A DNA stretch of 64,000 bases from a virus (taxonomy: Duplodnaviria > Heunggongvirae > Uroviricota > Caudoviricetes): IMG/VR virus record IMGVR_UViG_3300017707_001811, positions 37,573-101,572 of that record. The stretch is one strand, 5' to 3'. A program made the position numbers and the translations under genes. Under the pieces are notes generated by a model that ran no database searches, was not told the origin of the DNA, and worked only from the letters and a program-made list of their open reading frames with translations. Below, piece after piece: positions 40,124 through 49,486 of the stretch. Every line of letters begins with the position of its first letter. The stretch's first letter is position 1.

Positions 40124-40357
40124 ATGGATTTACAAAAACCAAAGATTGATTTAAGAAAGATGGATTTTGTCAATTGTGACAAATGCGGTAGCAAAGAATT
40201 TAAAGAGATTACATACCTCAAAAAAGTACCAAAAATATTAACAGGTTCCGTAGATGATACCATTGTACCATTCCCAACGTATGCTTGTTTATCTTGCGGG
40301 CATGTAAATAAAGAGTTGAACCCTTTTGATATTGATTCTCCACAATTAGAACTATGA
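40124..40357 (+). CDS. Zinc-ribbon protein
   Basis: CDKC...CLSC spacing. Confidence 0.7.
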   Translation: MDLQKPKIDLRKMDFVNCDKCGSKEFKEITYLKKVPKILTGSVDDTIVPFPTYACLSCGHVNKELNPFDIDSPQLEL

Positions 40358-41133
40358 TAAATAAAATTGTTCACTTTAGTGACCTTCACGTAAGGTTATA
40401 TAAGGACCACGCCCTTTACAAAGGTATTTTGGAAGATGCTTTTAGACAATGGAAAGATATTGCTCCTGATAGAATTGTATTCACTGGCGACTTGGTTCAT
40501 AGTAAGAACCAAATGACACCTGAACTTGTTGAGTTTATCGCTTGGGTATTGACCGAGTGTTCAAAGATTGCCAAAACAATTTTAATCCCTGGCAACCACG
40601 ACTTCCTTGAAAACAATATGGAACGATTGGATGCCCTAACACCTGTGGTTGACTCACTTAAAAATGAAATGGTTGTTTACTACAAGAATAGAGGAGTATA
40701 CCCCGACCAAAATATTGATTGGTGCGTGTATTCACTTATGGACCATAACATTCCACCTACAATTGAAAAATCTGATAGAGTTAAGATTGGGTTGTTTCAC
40801 GGACCAGTACAAGGACTTACAACCAACTTAGGTTTTAAGTTTGAGGATGGATTTGAAACCTCAAAGTTTGACGGATGTGATTTGGTATTCTGTGGCGATA
40901 TTCATAAGAGACAAATCTTTGATATACCTGGTGGAAATAAGGCGTATATGATTGGCTCGACTATTTGCCAAAATTATGGAGAAACTGTTACAAAACATGG
41001 ATATGGGATTTATAATGTTGAGAAAGACGAATATACTGTTGTTGATTTACATAACCCAAAACCATTCGTGGCCTTTAGAATAAACTCATACGAAGATATT
41101 GAAAATGGAACAGAAAAACTCGTTAACTATTGA
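40354..41133 (+). CDS. sbcD: Metallophosphoesterase, SbcD/Mre11/gp47-like nuclease subunit
   Basis: SDLH, GD, GNHD, HG and GDIH motifs; upstream of SbcC. Confidence 0.88.
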   Translation: MINKIVHFSDLHVRLYKDHALYKGILEDAFRQWKDIAPDRIVFTGDLVHSKNQMTPELVEFIAWVLTECSKIAKTILIPGNHDFLENNMERLDALTPVVDSLKNEMVVYYKNRGVYPDQNIDWCVYSLMDHNIPPTIEKSDRVKIGLFHGPVQGLTTNLGFKFEDGFETSKFDGCDLVFCGDIHKRQIFDIPGGNKAYMIGSTICQNYGETVTKHGYGIYNVEKDEYTVVDLHNPKPFVAFRINSYEDIENGTEKLVNY

Positions 41134-41599
41134 TTTATCAAAACAAGATATTGAAGACTTTAATTCATTTTGTAAACTAAATGAAATAACAGATTCAGAA
41201 GGGTTTGCTAAATTATGTTTTCGTAAAGGATATTATGTTGAGAAATATGGGTTACTAAATCAAGGTAATTTGCCAGACATTATTGAACGAGAACTTGAAA
41301 AAGAAGTCATCAAAGAGGTTATTGTTGAGAAGGAAGTAATTGTTGAAAAACCAATAATTGATAACCAAAAAGTTGAAGAATTACAAAATGAGATTTATAT
41401 TTTAAAGGGTAAGTTAGAGAACCAAAAAGAAGTTGAGTGTGGCAAACTCCAAGACACACTAATGGAATTAAATAGACAACTTGGAGATAAAAACGAAACA
41501 ATAAAAGAATTAAGAAATAAGGTTAACGACCTTGAGAATCTAACAAAAACTTCTTATGCTTTTTATCTAAAAAATTCAAATTTAAAAGACAGATTATGA
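41105..41599 (+). CDS. Hypothetical coiled-coil protein
   Basis: EVIKEVIVEKEVIVEK repeat and heptad C-terminus; ATG 41105 chosen. Confidence 0.6.
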   Translation: MEQKNSLTIDLSKQDIEDFNSFCKLNEITDSEGFAKLCFRKGYYVEKYGLLNQGNLPDIIERELEKEVIKEVIVEKEVIVEKPIIDNQKVEELQNEIYILKGKLENQKEVECGKLQDTLMELNRQLGDKNETIKELRNKVNDLENLTKTSYAFYLKNSNLKDRL

Positions 41600-41952
41600 T
41601 TACAATATTATTAGCTTGGTTTATTATGAGTTATGGACTCATGAACATTATGGTTTATGGTTCAATTTTCAAAGGATTTAGAAAATTCTTTTCAGACTGG
41701 GGTGAATCCAAGTACGCTCCATTTAGCGGTGTAGGGGAATTTATTTCAGGTATTTTATCTTGTCCTATGTGTTTTAGTACTTGGGGAGGATTTTTCTTAG
41801 GGTTCTTTATCTACTCACCATCACATGAACTATTACAAACACACGAATATATTTCATGGTTCTTTGATGGTATCTTATCTTCAGGGGCAGTTTGGGCAAT
41901 AAACGCAATAATAGAATGGTTTGAACAAAATAGACCAAATAACAACAATTAA
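41596..41952 (+). CDS. Membrane protein, DUF1360-like
   Basis: Hydrophobic helices with GEFISGILSCPMCFSTW, resembling the GELL.CPWC..W signature. Confidence 0.55.
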   Translation: MITILLAWFIMSYGLMNIMVYGSIFKGFRKFFSDWGESKYAPFSGVGEFISGILSCPMCFSTWGGFFLGFFIYSPSHELLQTHEYISWFFDGILSSGAVWAINAIIEWFEQNRPNNNN

Positions 41953-41963
41953 AAATATAAATT

Positions 41964-42140
41964 ATGCCAAAATCAAGACAAAGAAAAAACCACAAAAAGA
42001 AAGTACAAGCACGTAAGCTTAGAATTAAAGGTATCCAAAATAAGTACCAAAACTTATTTAACAAAGAAATGTCCAAATATCTTGAAAGTCTTAGCGGAGA
42101 AACGGCTCAAAATGAGACAGAGACCACAACAAGTATTTAA
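41964..42140 (+). CDS. Small basic protein, 58 aa (not in ORF track)
   Basis: ATG 41964 to TAA 42138-42140, MPKSRQRKNHKKKVQARK... Confidence 0.65.
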   Translation: MPKSRQRKNHKKKVQARKLRIKGIQNKYQNLFNKEMSKYLESLSGETAQNETETTTSI

Positions 42141-42177
42141 TTTATTTTCAACCCCCGTAGATTATACACCTATTAAA

Positions 42178-44505
42178 ATGATAAAAGATTTAGATTTTTC
42201 AAAATTAGAAAATCCATACATACAAGTAGTTTGGGAAGACTTTCCTGAAAATTTTACACAAGAAAAATTAAAAAGTGTAAAACACTATTTTCAGAAAAAG
42301 TATCAGACTACTAGTGTTAATGTTATTACTAAACTTAAAAAATCTGAAGATGTTGAGGATAATATTGATGTTTCATTAAATATAATGGACAAAAACTACC
42401 AACATGAACTTATTAAAAGTTTATTGGAAAGTAAAAATCAAGGAACTCAATATGATGAAATTATCAAAATAGATAATGTTGTTGAGAACAAAATGTTGTC
42501 AGAACAAGAAGAGACTACAGCATTTAAAAAATGGTATATAAGAAACATAGAGTTTTCTAATTTCTTATCGTATGGGGATAATCAAAAACTTGATTTTGAA
42601 AAAATAAATGGTATTACTGTTGTTGAATCAGACCCACCTAACTTTGGAGGTAAAACAGTATTATCCGTTGATTTACTTCTGTTTTTATTCTTTAACACAA
42701 CTACTAAAACAAATAAAGCTGAAGAAATCTTTAATAGATTTTCAAATAGTAATAAAGTTACTGTTAAAGGTGAAATTATAATTGACGGTGAAGATTATAT
42801 TATTGTTCGTGAACTTGAAAGAAAACTATCTAAATCTGGAGAATGGAATGTTAAAACAGAGTTAGATTTTTTTAAGAGATATTCAGATGGTTCCTTAGTT
42901 AAGTTCACAGGAGAACAAAGAAGAGAAACCGAGAACTTTATAAAGGCCTCAATCGGAAGTTACGATGACTTTCTAATGACAATCCTAACCACTGGTACTA
43001 ACTTAGAAGATTTGCTTGAAGCAAAACCGACCGCTAGAGGACAAGTACTATCAAGATTTTTAGGTTTAGATTTTTTAAAAAAGAAGGAAGAAATAGGAAA
43101 ACAGGTATATTCTGATTTTTCTAAATCTATGATTTCAAACATCTACAATACTGAAAGTTTAAAAACTCAAAATGATGAACTTAATGTTTCGATAACTAAT
43201 TTAAAGGATGTAATTGAACAATGTGAAATCAAAATAGTAGATGTAAAAGGAAGACTACAAAAAGGACAGGAATATCGTGACAATTTGTTATCACAAAAAG
43301 TTACAGTAGAAAAAGAATTAACTCTTTTGAATCCCGACCAAACCAAGAAAGAAATTGAGGGATTTGAATCTCAAATTAAACAAAATATCTCTCTACGTGA
43401 CGGTGTTAAAATTGTTGAACCTTCAGAGTTCTATAAAGAAAACGAACACGATAAAGTTAAAGAAGAATACCAAACGGCCTATAGAGAAAAGGTTGAGATT
43501 GACACTAACATCAATGGTATTAACAAACTAAAGAGTTCGGTTAGTGGTGGAATCAAGTGCGAACATTGTGGAATTGAACTAATGAATGCATCTATTACAC
43601 AATCCAGAATTGCTGAACTTGATGGATTTGCCCTTCGTAAAACCGAGATTGAGAAGTTAATGCAGGAATTATCAGACAAAGAACAAGGTTTTGTTAAGTT
43701 GAAAAAAGACTTTGATGAGTATGAAAGAAACAAACTTGTGTATGAAAAATACCAAGCAACGATTGAAAACCTACAAACAAAGAAAGAAACTTTGGAAGGA
43801 AAACTAGGTAGATATGTGGAGATGCAAGACGTAATTAAAACTAATGAACAGATTGAATCTCAAATAATAAAGGCTAATTTAAGATTGGATGAATTAAAAA
43901 GAGAAGAAAGTGAAATAAATAAAACAATCTCAAATTCTGAATTTCAAATTAAACAAAACCAAGAAAAAATTGAAGGTAATCTAAAAACAATTCAAAAAAT
44001 ATTAGAAGAACAAGAGAAAGAAACTAAATACAAGTTATATTTGGAATTGTTTGGTAAAAACGGAATTGCTAAAAGAATCATGAAAAATATGATGCCTTTG
44101 ATTAATTCTGAGTTACAAAGATTATTACAAGATTCATGTTACTTTAGACTTGAGATTCGTATTAGTGAGAAGAATGAAGTTGAGTTTTGGATGATTGATA
44201 ATAATACTCAAATTGAAAAATTAATGGTTTCAGGGTCAGGATATGAGAAAACTATTGCTTCGTTAGCTCTAAGAGCGGTATTGTCAAAAGTATGTTCATT
44301 ACCAAAACCTAACGTGGTTGTTTTTGACGAAGTTTTTGGTAAAATATCTAACGATAATTTGGAACTTGTTTATGAGTTCTTTATAAAAATAAAAGAATAT
44401 TTTGAAAATATTTTTGTTATCACCCACAATCCCATGATTAGCCAATGGGCCGACAACACAGTAAAAGTTAAAAAAGTTGATAACATCAGTAAAATAGTTA
44501 ATTGA
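42178..44505 (+). CDS. sbcC: SbcC/Rad50/gp46-like SMC ATPase with N-terminal extension
   Basis: NFLSYGD, PPNFGGKT Walker A, CEHC zinc hook in coiled coil, SGSGYE signature, VVFDEVFG Walker B and ITHN. Start moved to ATG 42178. Confidence 0.9.
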   Translation: MIKDLDFSKLENPYIQVVWEDFPENFTQEKLKSVKHYFQKKYQTTSVNVITKLKKSEDVEDNIDVSLNIMDKNYQHELIKSLLESKNQGTQYDEIIKIDNVVENKMLSEQEETTAFKKWYIRNIEFSNFLSYGDNQKLDFEKINGITVVESDPPNFGGKTVLSVDLLLFLFFNTTTKTNKAEEIFNRFSNSNKVTVKGEIIIDGEDYIIVRELERKLSKSGEWNVKTELDFFKRYSDGSLVKFTGEQRRETENFIKASIGSYDDFLMTILTTGTNLEDLLEAKPTARGQVLSRFLGLDFLKKKEEIGKQVYSDFSKSMISNIYNTESLKTQNDELNVSITNLKDVIEQCEIKIVDVKGRLQKGQEYRDNLLSQKVTVEKELTLLNPDQTKKEIEGFESQIKQNISLRDGVKIVEPSEFYKENEHDKVKEEYQTAYREKVEIDTNINGINKLKSSVSGGIKCEHCGIELMNASITQSRIAELDGFALRKTEIEKLMQELSDKEQGFVKLKKDFDEYERNKLVYEKYQATIENLQTKKETLEGKLGRYVEMQDVIKTNEQIESQIIKANLRLDELKREESEINKTISNSEFQIKQNQEKIEGNLKTIQKILEEQEKETKYKLYLELFGKNGIAKRIMKNMMPLINSELQRLLQDSCYFRLEIRISEKNEVEFWMIDNNTQIEKLMVSGSGYEKTIASLALRAVLSKVCSLPKPNVVVFDEVFGKISNDNLELVYEFFIKIKEYFENIFVITHNPMISQWADNTVKVKKVDNISKIVN

Positions 44506-44591
44506 TGTTATCAATTCCTAAGTATCTTTTATTTTTAAAAATATTTTTTGGATTTTAGTTGAAATTAATGTAGTTTTGTAAAAAATTAAAT

Positions 44592-45134
44592 ATGAGTTAT
44601 TTCTTATTTGTTTACGGTGATTATCAGGAGCATCTATTTGTAATAAAGAATATTGCAAAAATGTTAAATAAAGTTTCATCTGATGATGTAAAATATCAGT
44701 ATGGTGATGCAGGTGCAATATTTCACTTCAAATCTATATACAGTGTTGAAGAATTGAAAAATTCAATAACTCCATCACTTAAAGAATTATCCGCAATGTT
44801 TTTCTTATTTAAAAACACTGATAATATAACATATAATTTCCAAGACAAAGAAATTGAAAATCATCTAATGAATTTTTCTGACAATGTGTCAGAAAATGAC
44901 AATAAGTCAGATGAATTTAAAACGTATAGTTATGATGTCCCATTGGACTATTTAGAAGAATTTTCACAAATTCTTAACGAATATATGTCAAATTCCACTT
45001 ATACCGATACTACAACTGAAATTAAAACCGAAAAGAAATTATCTTTGGACGAATTATTGGATAAGATTAATGAAAATGGAATTAATAGTTTAACTGAAAT
45101 CGAAAAAAAACAATTATATGAGTATTCTAAGTGA
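44592..45134 (+). CDS. Hypothetical protein with C-terminal LDELLDKI..G..SLT..EK motif (DUF6576-like)
   Basis: The C-terminal motif resembles the small helical domain found after Bacteroidota rhomboid proteases. Confidence 0.5.
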   Translation: MSYFLFVYGDYQEHLFVIKNIAKMLNKVSSDDVKYQYGDAGAIFHFKSIYSVEELKNSITPSLKELSAMFFLFKNTDNITYNFQDKEIENHLMNFSDNVSENDNKSDEFKTYSYDVPLDYLEEFSQILNEYMSNSTYTDTTTEIKTEKKLSLDELLDKINENGINSLTEIEKKQLYEYSK

Positions 45135-45936
45135 AGAAAAAAATGACAAAAATGTATCACCAATCAATCAAGAAGAGATTCAGTATTATCTGAAAGAACT
45201 TAGAAAGATTAAAGTAATGACTCCTGAAAGGGAGAGAGAGCTGTCTGCGAAAATACAAAGTGAAAGCATCACAGATAAACAAAGACAAGAGATAAACCAA
45301 GAATTATTGAGAGGTAATTTAAGATTTGTTATCACAATTGCGAAACAGTACCAAAATCAAGGGATTGATTTATCTGATTTAATTGCCGAAGGAAATATCG
45401 GATTAATGAGGGCGATAAATAATTTTGATTGGACAAAAAATCTAAGATTTATTTCTTATGCGGTTTGGTGGATTAGACAGTCAATACTACAATGTTTAAA
45501 CGAGAACTCAAGGACTATTCGAATACCTGTGAATGTTGTTCAAGATTTACATAAAGAGAAAAAAAGAGTAGAGAAAACAGGTGACCAAATGGACTCAAGA
45601 TTCATTAACCTACCGTCAGTAATTAATTTAGAAAGTCAAATTAATGAAGATGGAGACACCTTGATTGACTTAATTGAGAATAAAGATTCATTAATGCCTG
45701 ACCATTCGTTTAATAATGATAAACAAGTTAAAGAAGGTTTATTGAATTTATTAGATGTTTTAGATGACAGAGAAAAACAAATCATTATGGATTATTATGG
45801 ACTGTCAGGGACCCCAAGAACCTTAGAAGATATTGGACAAGATTTTAATTTAACAAAAGAAAGAGTTAGACAAATTAAGGAAAGAGGACTTAGGAAAATG
45901 AGAAACGAATGTTCTATGTTATTCGATTATCTTTAA
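45118..45936 (+). CDS. rpoD: RNA polymerase sigma-70 family factor, short Bacteroidota sigma-A type (no region 1.1)
   Basis: YLKE, NLRFVITIAKQY, DLIAEGNIGL, FISYAVWWIRQSI, RTIRIPVN, TLEDIG...TKERVRQI. Confidence 0.9.
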   Translation: MSILSEEKNDKNVSPINQEEIQYYLKELRKIKVMTPERERELSAKIQSESITDKQRQEINQELLRGNLRFVITIAKQYQNQGIDLSDLIAEGNIGLMRAINNFDWTKNLRFISYAVWWIRQSILQCLNENSRTIRIPVNVVQDLHKEKKRVEKTGDQMDSRFINLPSVINLESQINEDGDTLIDLIENKDSLMPDHSFNNDKQVKEGLLNLLDVLDDREKQIIMDYYGLSGTPRTLEDIGQDFNLTKERVRQIKERGLRKMRNECSMLFDYL

Positions 45937-45982
45937 TTTACTATTTATTAGATTATAATATTATTTTTTAAACAAAAAATAT

Positions 45983-46261
45983 ATGGAAAAAATACAAAAA
46001 TATTTACCCTACGCAACAATAGTTTTTATATTTTTAATTCTATTGAAAAGTTGCGGAACGTCATCAAAAGTACAGATGATTGAAAAAGAAAATAAAGTAC
46101 TTCGATATAAAGTAGACTCTTTAACTAGTATAACTTTGACGGAAGACAAACTGAAGAAAATAATGGAATCTACGGTACTTTGGAGAACTTTAGAAATTGA
46201 AGAACTTTCTGATAAGAACAATATGCCAATAAACCATTATAAAAGTGAATCTCAGAAATGA
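45983..46261 (+). CDS. Putative lipoprotein / spanin-like protein
   Basis: Basic N-terminus, hydrophobic stretch ending LKSC, then a coiled coil; upstream of membrane protein and amidase. Confidence 0.4.
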   Translation: MEKIQKYLPYATIVFIFLILLKSCGTSSKVQMIEKENKVLRYKVDSLTSITLTEDKLKKIMESTVLWRTLEIEELSDKNNMPINHYKSESQK

Positions 46262-47196
46262 GAAAATTATTTAAGTGGGTTAAAGATAACCCGAATAGGA
46301 CCATGTTTTTGGTCCCTATTCTTTTGGTGGCGGGTATATCCATATCACACGTAGTCTCTTGGTACGACATTGCCAACCCAATCAGTTGGGCCATTTATTT
46401 GTCAATAGCCATTGAGGTTGCGGCTATGACTGCACTTGTTGCTGCAACAAATAGAATTAAGGGTGGGGTATGGTTCATGTTTATTTTGGTAACTATTATT
46501 CAGATGATTGGTAATATATTCTTTTCATTTAAAGAAATAGATGCTAATGGTGACCTTTTTAAGTCTTGGGTTGAACTTACTGGTCCACTTTGGGAAATGT
46601 TAGGTTCAGACCCTGGAGATGTTATATCACAAAAAAGGTGGTTAGCATTTTTGGAAGGAGGACTTCTACCAATCATATCTTTAACATCATTACACTTCTT
46701 TACAAAATACGATAGAAACGCTCCAAATGGAAACGAAGAAGTTAAAGAAGTACCAATGATTACTAAACCTGATGAAAACATAACTGAAGAAGAATATAGT
46801 AAGATTATTGATGAGTTTGTTAAAAGACAAAAAGAAGAATCTGAAAAAATTAAGTACACCCCAAAGGAAGAAGATTTAGAAAAATTAGATGAATTTTTAA
46901 ATAATGTGGGTTATGACGGACCAAAAAAAACTGAGACTGATGAATCAGTTAAATTCACACCTAGTTATGAGGAGTTAAAAAAAATAGAAGATATTTTATT
47001 AAATCAATCAAAAAATATCCCACAAGAAGAAGAAATTTTTACTGATAATATTGAAGACATTGAAAAAGTTAAAAGAGCTTTGATTGATTATAATAAAGAG
47101 GATATTAATGTTAATGATGACGAAAATGAATACGTTGAATTATCAAATCCCGAACCAATAAATAAAGTATTGAATTATTCAAAAAGAGATGAGTGA
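46258..47196 (+). CDS. Multi-pass membrane protein with acidic C-terminal tail (holin-like by context)
   Basis: About four hydrophobic segments in the first 150 aa; adjacent to amidase. Confidence 0.5.
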   Translation: MRKLFKWVKDNPNRTMFLVPILLVAGISISHVVSWYDIANPISWAIYLSIAIEVAAMTALVAATNRIKGGVWFMFILVTIIQMIGNIFFSFKEIDANGDLFKSWVELTGPLWEMLGSDPGDVISQKRWLAFLEGGLLPIISLTSLHFFTKYDRNAPNGNEEVKEVPMITKPDENITEEEYSKIIDEFVKRQKEESEKIKYTPKEEDLEKLDEFLNNVGYDGPKKTETDESVKFTPSYEELKKIEDILLNQSKNIPQEEEIFTDNIEDIEKVKRALIDYNKEDINVNDDENEYVELSNPEPINKVLNYSKRDE

Positions 47197-47785
47197 TGTT
47201 ATTAAATTTGGAAAATTTAAAAATTTTGAAAAAAATAAAAATAAAAAACAAATAATTCTTTGTAATTCTTTTAGAAGTTCTGAGAAATATTTAAATTCTT
47301 TAAAGTACAGAAATAATGGGGACTATAAAAAAGTCCCCAATTATTTTATTGATATATCTGGAAAAATAATAAGTCTGTTACCAGATGACTCCGTATCTAA
47401 TTTCTTTAACGATTATGAAGTTAATAGAAATTCAATAATAATATGTCTTGAAAATAATGGATGGTTGAATAAAACACCGTTTAATTTGGGATATATTAAT
47501 TGGATTGGTGATATTTATAATGGTAAAGTGTTTGAAAGAAAGTGGAGAGATAAGATTTATTGGCAAACATATACCGAAGAACAGGTTAATTCCTTAGTTG
47601 ATATATGTAAAAAAGTAACAAAAAAATTTTCAATCTCAAGAAGGTTCATTGGACACAATACAAAAGTTGATGGAGTTAAGATATTTAATGGTATAGTATG
47701 TCGAAGTAATTATGATAATCGATATACTGATGTTAATCCATCATTTGACTTTGAAGAATTTAAAAAAAGAATTGAAAATGAATGA
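47189..47785 (+). CDS. N-acetylmuramoyl-L-alanine amidase (Amidase_2-like), atypical first Zn ligand
   Basis: PNYFID.SGKI, SIIICLEN, YTEEQVNSL, IGHN and TDVNP motifs. Confidence 0.7.
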   Translation: MSDVIKFGKFKNFEKNKNKKQIILCNSFRSSEKYLNSLKYRNNGDYKKVPNYFIDISGKIISLLPDDSVSNFFNDYEVNRNSIIICLENNGWLNKTPFNLGYINWIGDIYNGKVFERKWRDKIYWQTYTEEQVNSLVDICKKVTKKFSISRRFIGHNTKVDGVKIFNGIVCRSNYDNRYTDVNPSFDFEEFKKRIENE

Positions 47786-48368
47786 AATTGATTTAATAAA
47801 AAAACAAATTAGAACTCTTAGAGACATCTATAGTGAAACTAACCCAATTGTTTCAGAGCACGTAAAAGAAATTAAAGACAAATATTTAATTACCGAAGAC
47901 GACTCACCAAGGGACATTAATAGATATAATGTACCTAAGTCTACTGAACAAGAAATTGAAAATGATGAAGGTAAACCAGATGACGTTAGTCAAGGGTATA
48001 GAATAAGTGGAGGGGTATTAGTAATTCATGGAGATTCTAGTAAAGAAACCGAGCTAACAACTGACGATAAAACTGCTTTCCAAGAAACTATGGATGAGTT
48101 TGTTTCTGAAGTTTCAGACTTAGTAAATTTTGGACAACTAAATGTTTATAAAAACAATGTTGATTGGTCAGGATTGATAATTGATTTTGATGTTGAATTT
48201 TATTTTACAATTGGTGAAAGTAATGGAATATACATGTCAGGTGAAATGATGAAAATTGACGAAAATTATTTACAGATGGTTGAGAAATTACAAAAATATT
48301 ACGAAAAATTTAAATCAAAATGGGCTAAAATATTAGCCGTACGTAAAAAAACCTCACAAACTAAGTAA
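47778..48368 (+). CDS. Hypothetical protein (probable virion head-associated)
   Basis: ATG 47778 overlapping the amidase stop; acidic. Confidence 0.6.
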   Translation: MNEIDLIKKQIRTLRDIYSETNPIVSEHVKEIKDKYLITEDDSPRDINRYNVPKSTEQEIENDEGKPDDVSQGYRISGGVLVIHGDSSKETELTTDDKTAFQETMDEFVSEVSDLVNFGQLNVYKNNVDWSGLIIDFDVEFYFTIGESNGIYMSGEMMKIDENYLQMVEKLQKYYEKFKSKWAKILAVRKKTSQTK

Positions 48369-48369
48369 A

Positions 48370-48615
48370 ATGGCACTAACAGCAACAGACAAGAAAGAAA
48401 TTGAAAAAATTGTAAGACAAGAAATTAAACAATTTTTGAATGCTAATACAACTAAACAATATGAAGATAAATTAATTGATTTAGTCGCTAAAGAAGTTAA
48501 GAAAGGTAAAATTGAGGGTGAGGTTAAAGACATTGTTATTAAAATATTTAGAGAATTCTATCAATTCATGTGGACACAAAGAAGTTACTGGGAACCACGA
48601 TTAAAAAATGCTTAA
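48370..48615 (+). CDS. Hypothetical helical protein
   Basis: 81 aa, tightly packed between neighbours. Confidence 0.65.
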   Translation: MALTATDKKEIEKIVRQEIKQFLNANTTKQYEDKLIDLVAKEVKKGKIEGEVKDIVIKIFREFYQFMWTQRSYWEPRLKNA

Positions 48616-48620
48616 ATAAT

Positions 48621-49463
48621 ATGGATTTAAAAACTCAACTTTTAAAAAAAATACAACAAGAATACAGTAAAGATTCTAGAACGACTGGCACTGATAGTGC
48701 TATTGAGATTGCGGATTATAAAAGTCAACTTAAAGAAAAATGGTCCGAAAAGTATAAGAACTCAATAAACTGTAAAAACCCAAAGGGGTTTAGTCAAAGA
48801 GCTCACTGCCAAGGAAAAAAGAAAAAAAGTGAAAACAAAGAAGCGATGGGGGCATCATCTGCAGGTGCCTATTCAGGACCCTTATTTACTAAAATGAATG
48901 AAGAAAAATTAAAAGGTGGTTTAGCCGACAATAAAACTTTAAAAGATATTGCAATAAAACATGCTTACGACGACTCAAAGGACTCAACATCTAATGAGAA
49001 GATTATGAGTATGTATAAAAAATTAAAGTTACAATTTAAAGAAGGTATTAAAGTAGAGATGGAACATACTAAAGATAAAGAAAAGGCTAAAGAGATTGCT
49101 ATGGACCATTTGTTTGAAGACCCTAATTACTATGATAAGTTAAAAAAAGTTGAGGCTAAAGAAGCAACAACTTCAGCATCGTCAGGACAATATTCAGGAC
49201 CTGCGTTCGGGGCCAAATCAATGAGTCCTAAAGATTGGAGAGGAAGAGCTAAAACAACATATCCTGGAGGTTCATTTGTACAAGTAAAAAAGAAATGTAA
49301 GAATTTTCCATATTGTAATCAGGGAGATATTAACGCACTAAACCTGAGTAAAAGTAAAAAAGTTAAAAGAAGTGCTAAAAAACTTTCTGAAAAATATAAT
49401 ATTAGTGAGGAATTGATAATTGAGTTTTTTACTAAAGAAATAATGAAAAAGATAAAAAAATAA
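48621..49463 (+). CDS. Modular head-associated protein containing DUF5661-like domain
   Basis: GIKVEMEHT...AKEIAMDHLFEDPNYYDKL; two KEA..ASS(A)G.YSGP repeats; KWSEKYK..INC.NPKGFSQRAHC module. ATG 48621 chosen. Confidence 0.6.
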   Translation: MDLKTQLLKKIQQEYSKDSRTTGTDSAIEIADYKSQLKEKWSEKYKNSINCKNPKGFSQRAHCQGKKKKSENKEAMGASSAGAYSGPLFTKMNEEKLKGGLADNKTLKDIAIKHAYDDSKDSTSNEKIMSMYKKLKLQFKEGIKVEMEHTKDKEKAKEIAMDHLFEDPNYYDKLKKVEAKEATTSASSGQYSGPAFGAKSMSPKDWRGRAKTTYPGGSFVQVKKKCKNFPYCNQGDINALNLSKSKKVKRSAKKLSEKYNISEELIIEFFTKEIMKKIKK

Positions 49464-49486
49464 CTATTTATATAAAAAAATTAAAA

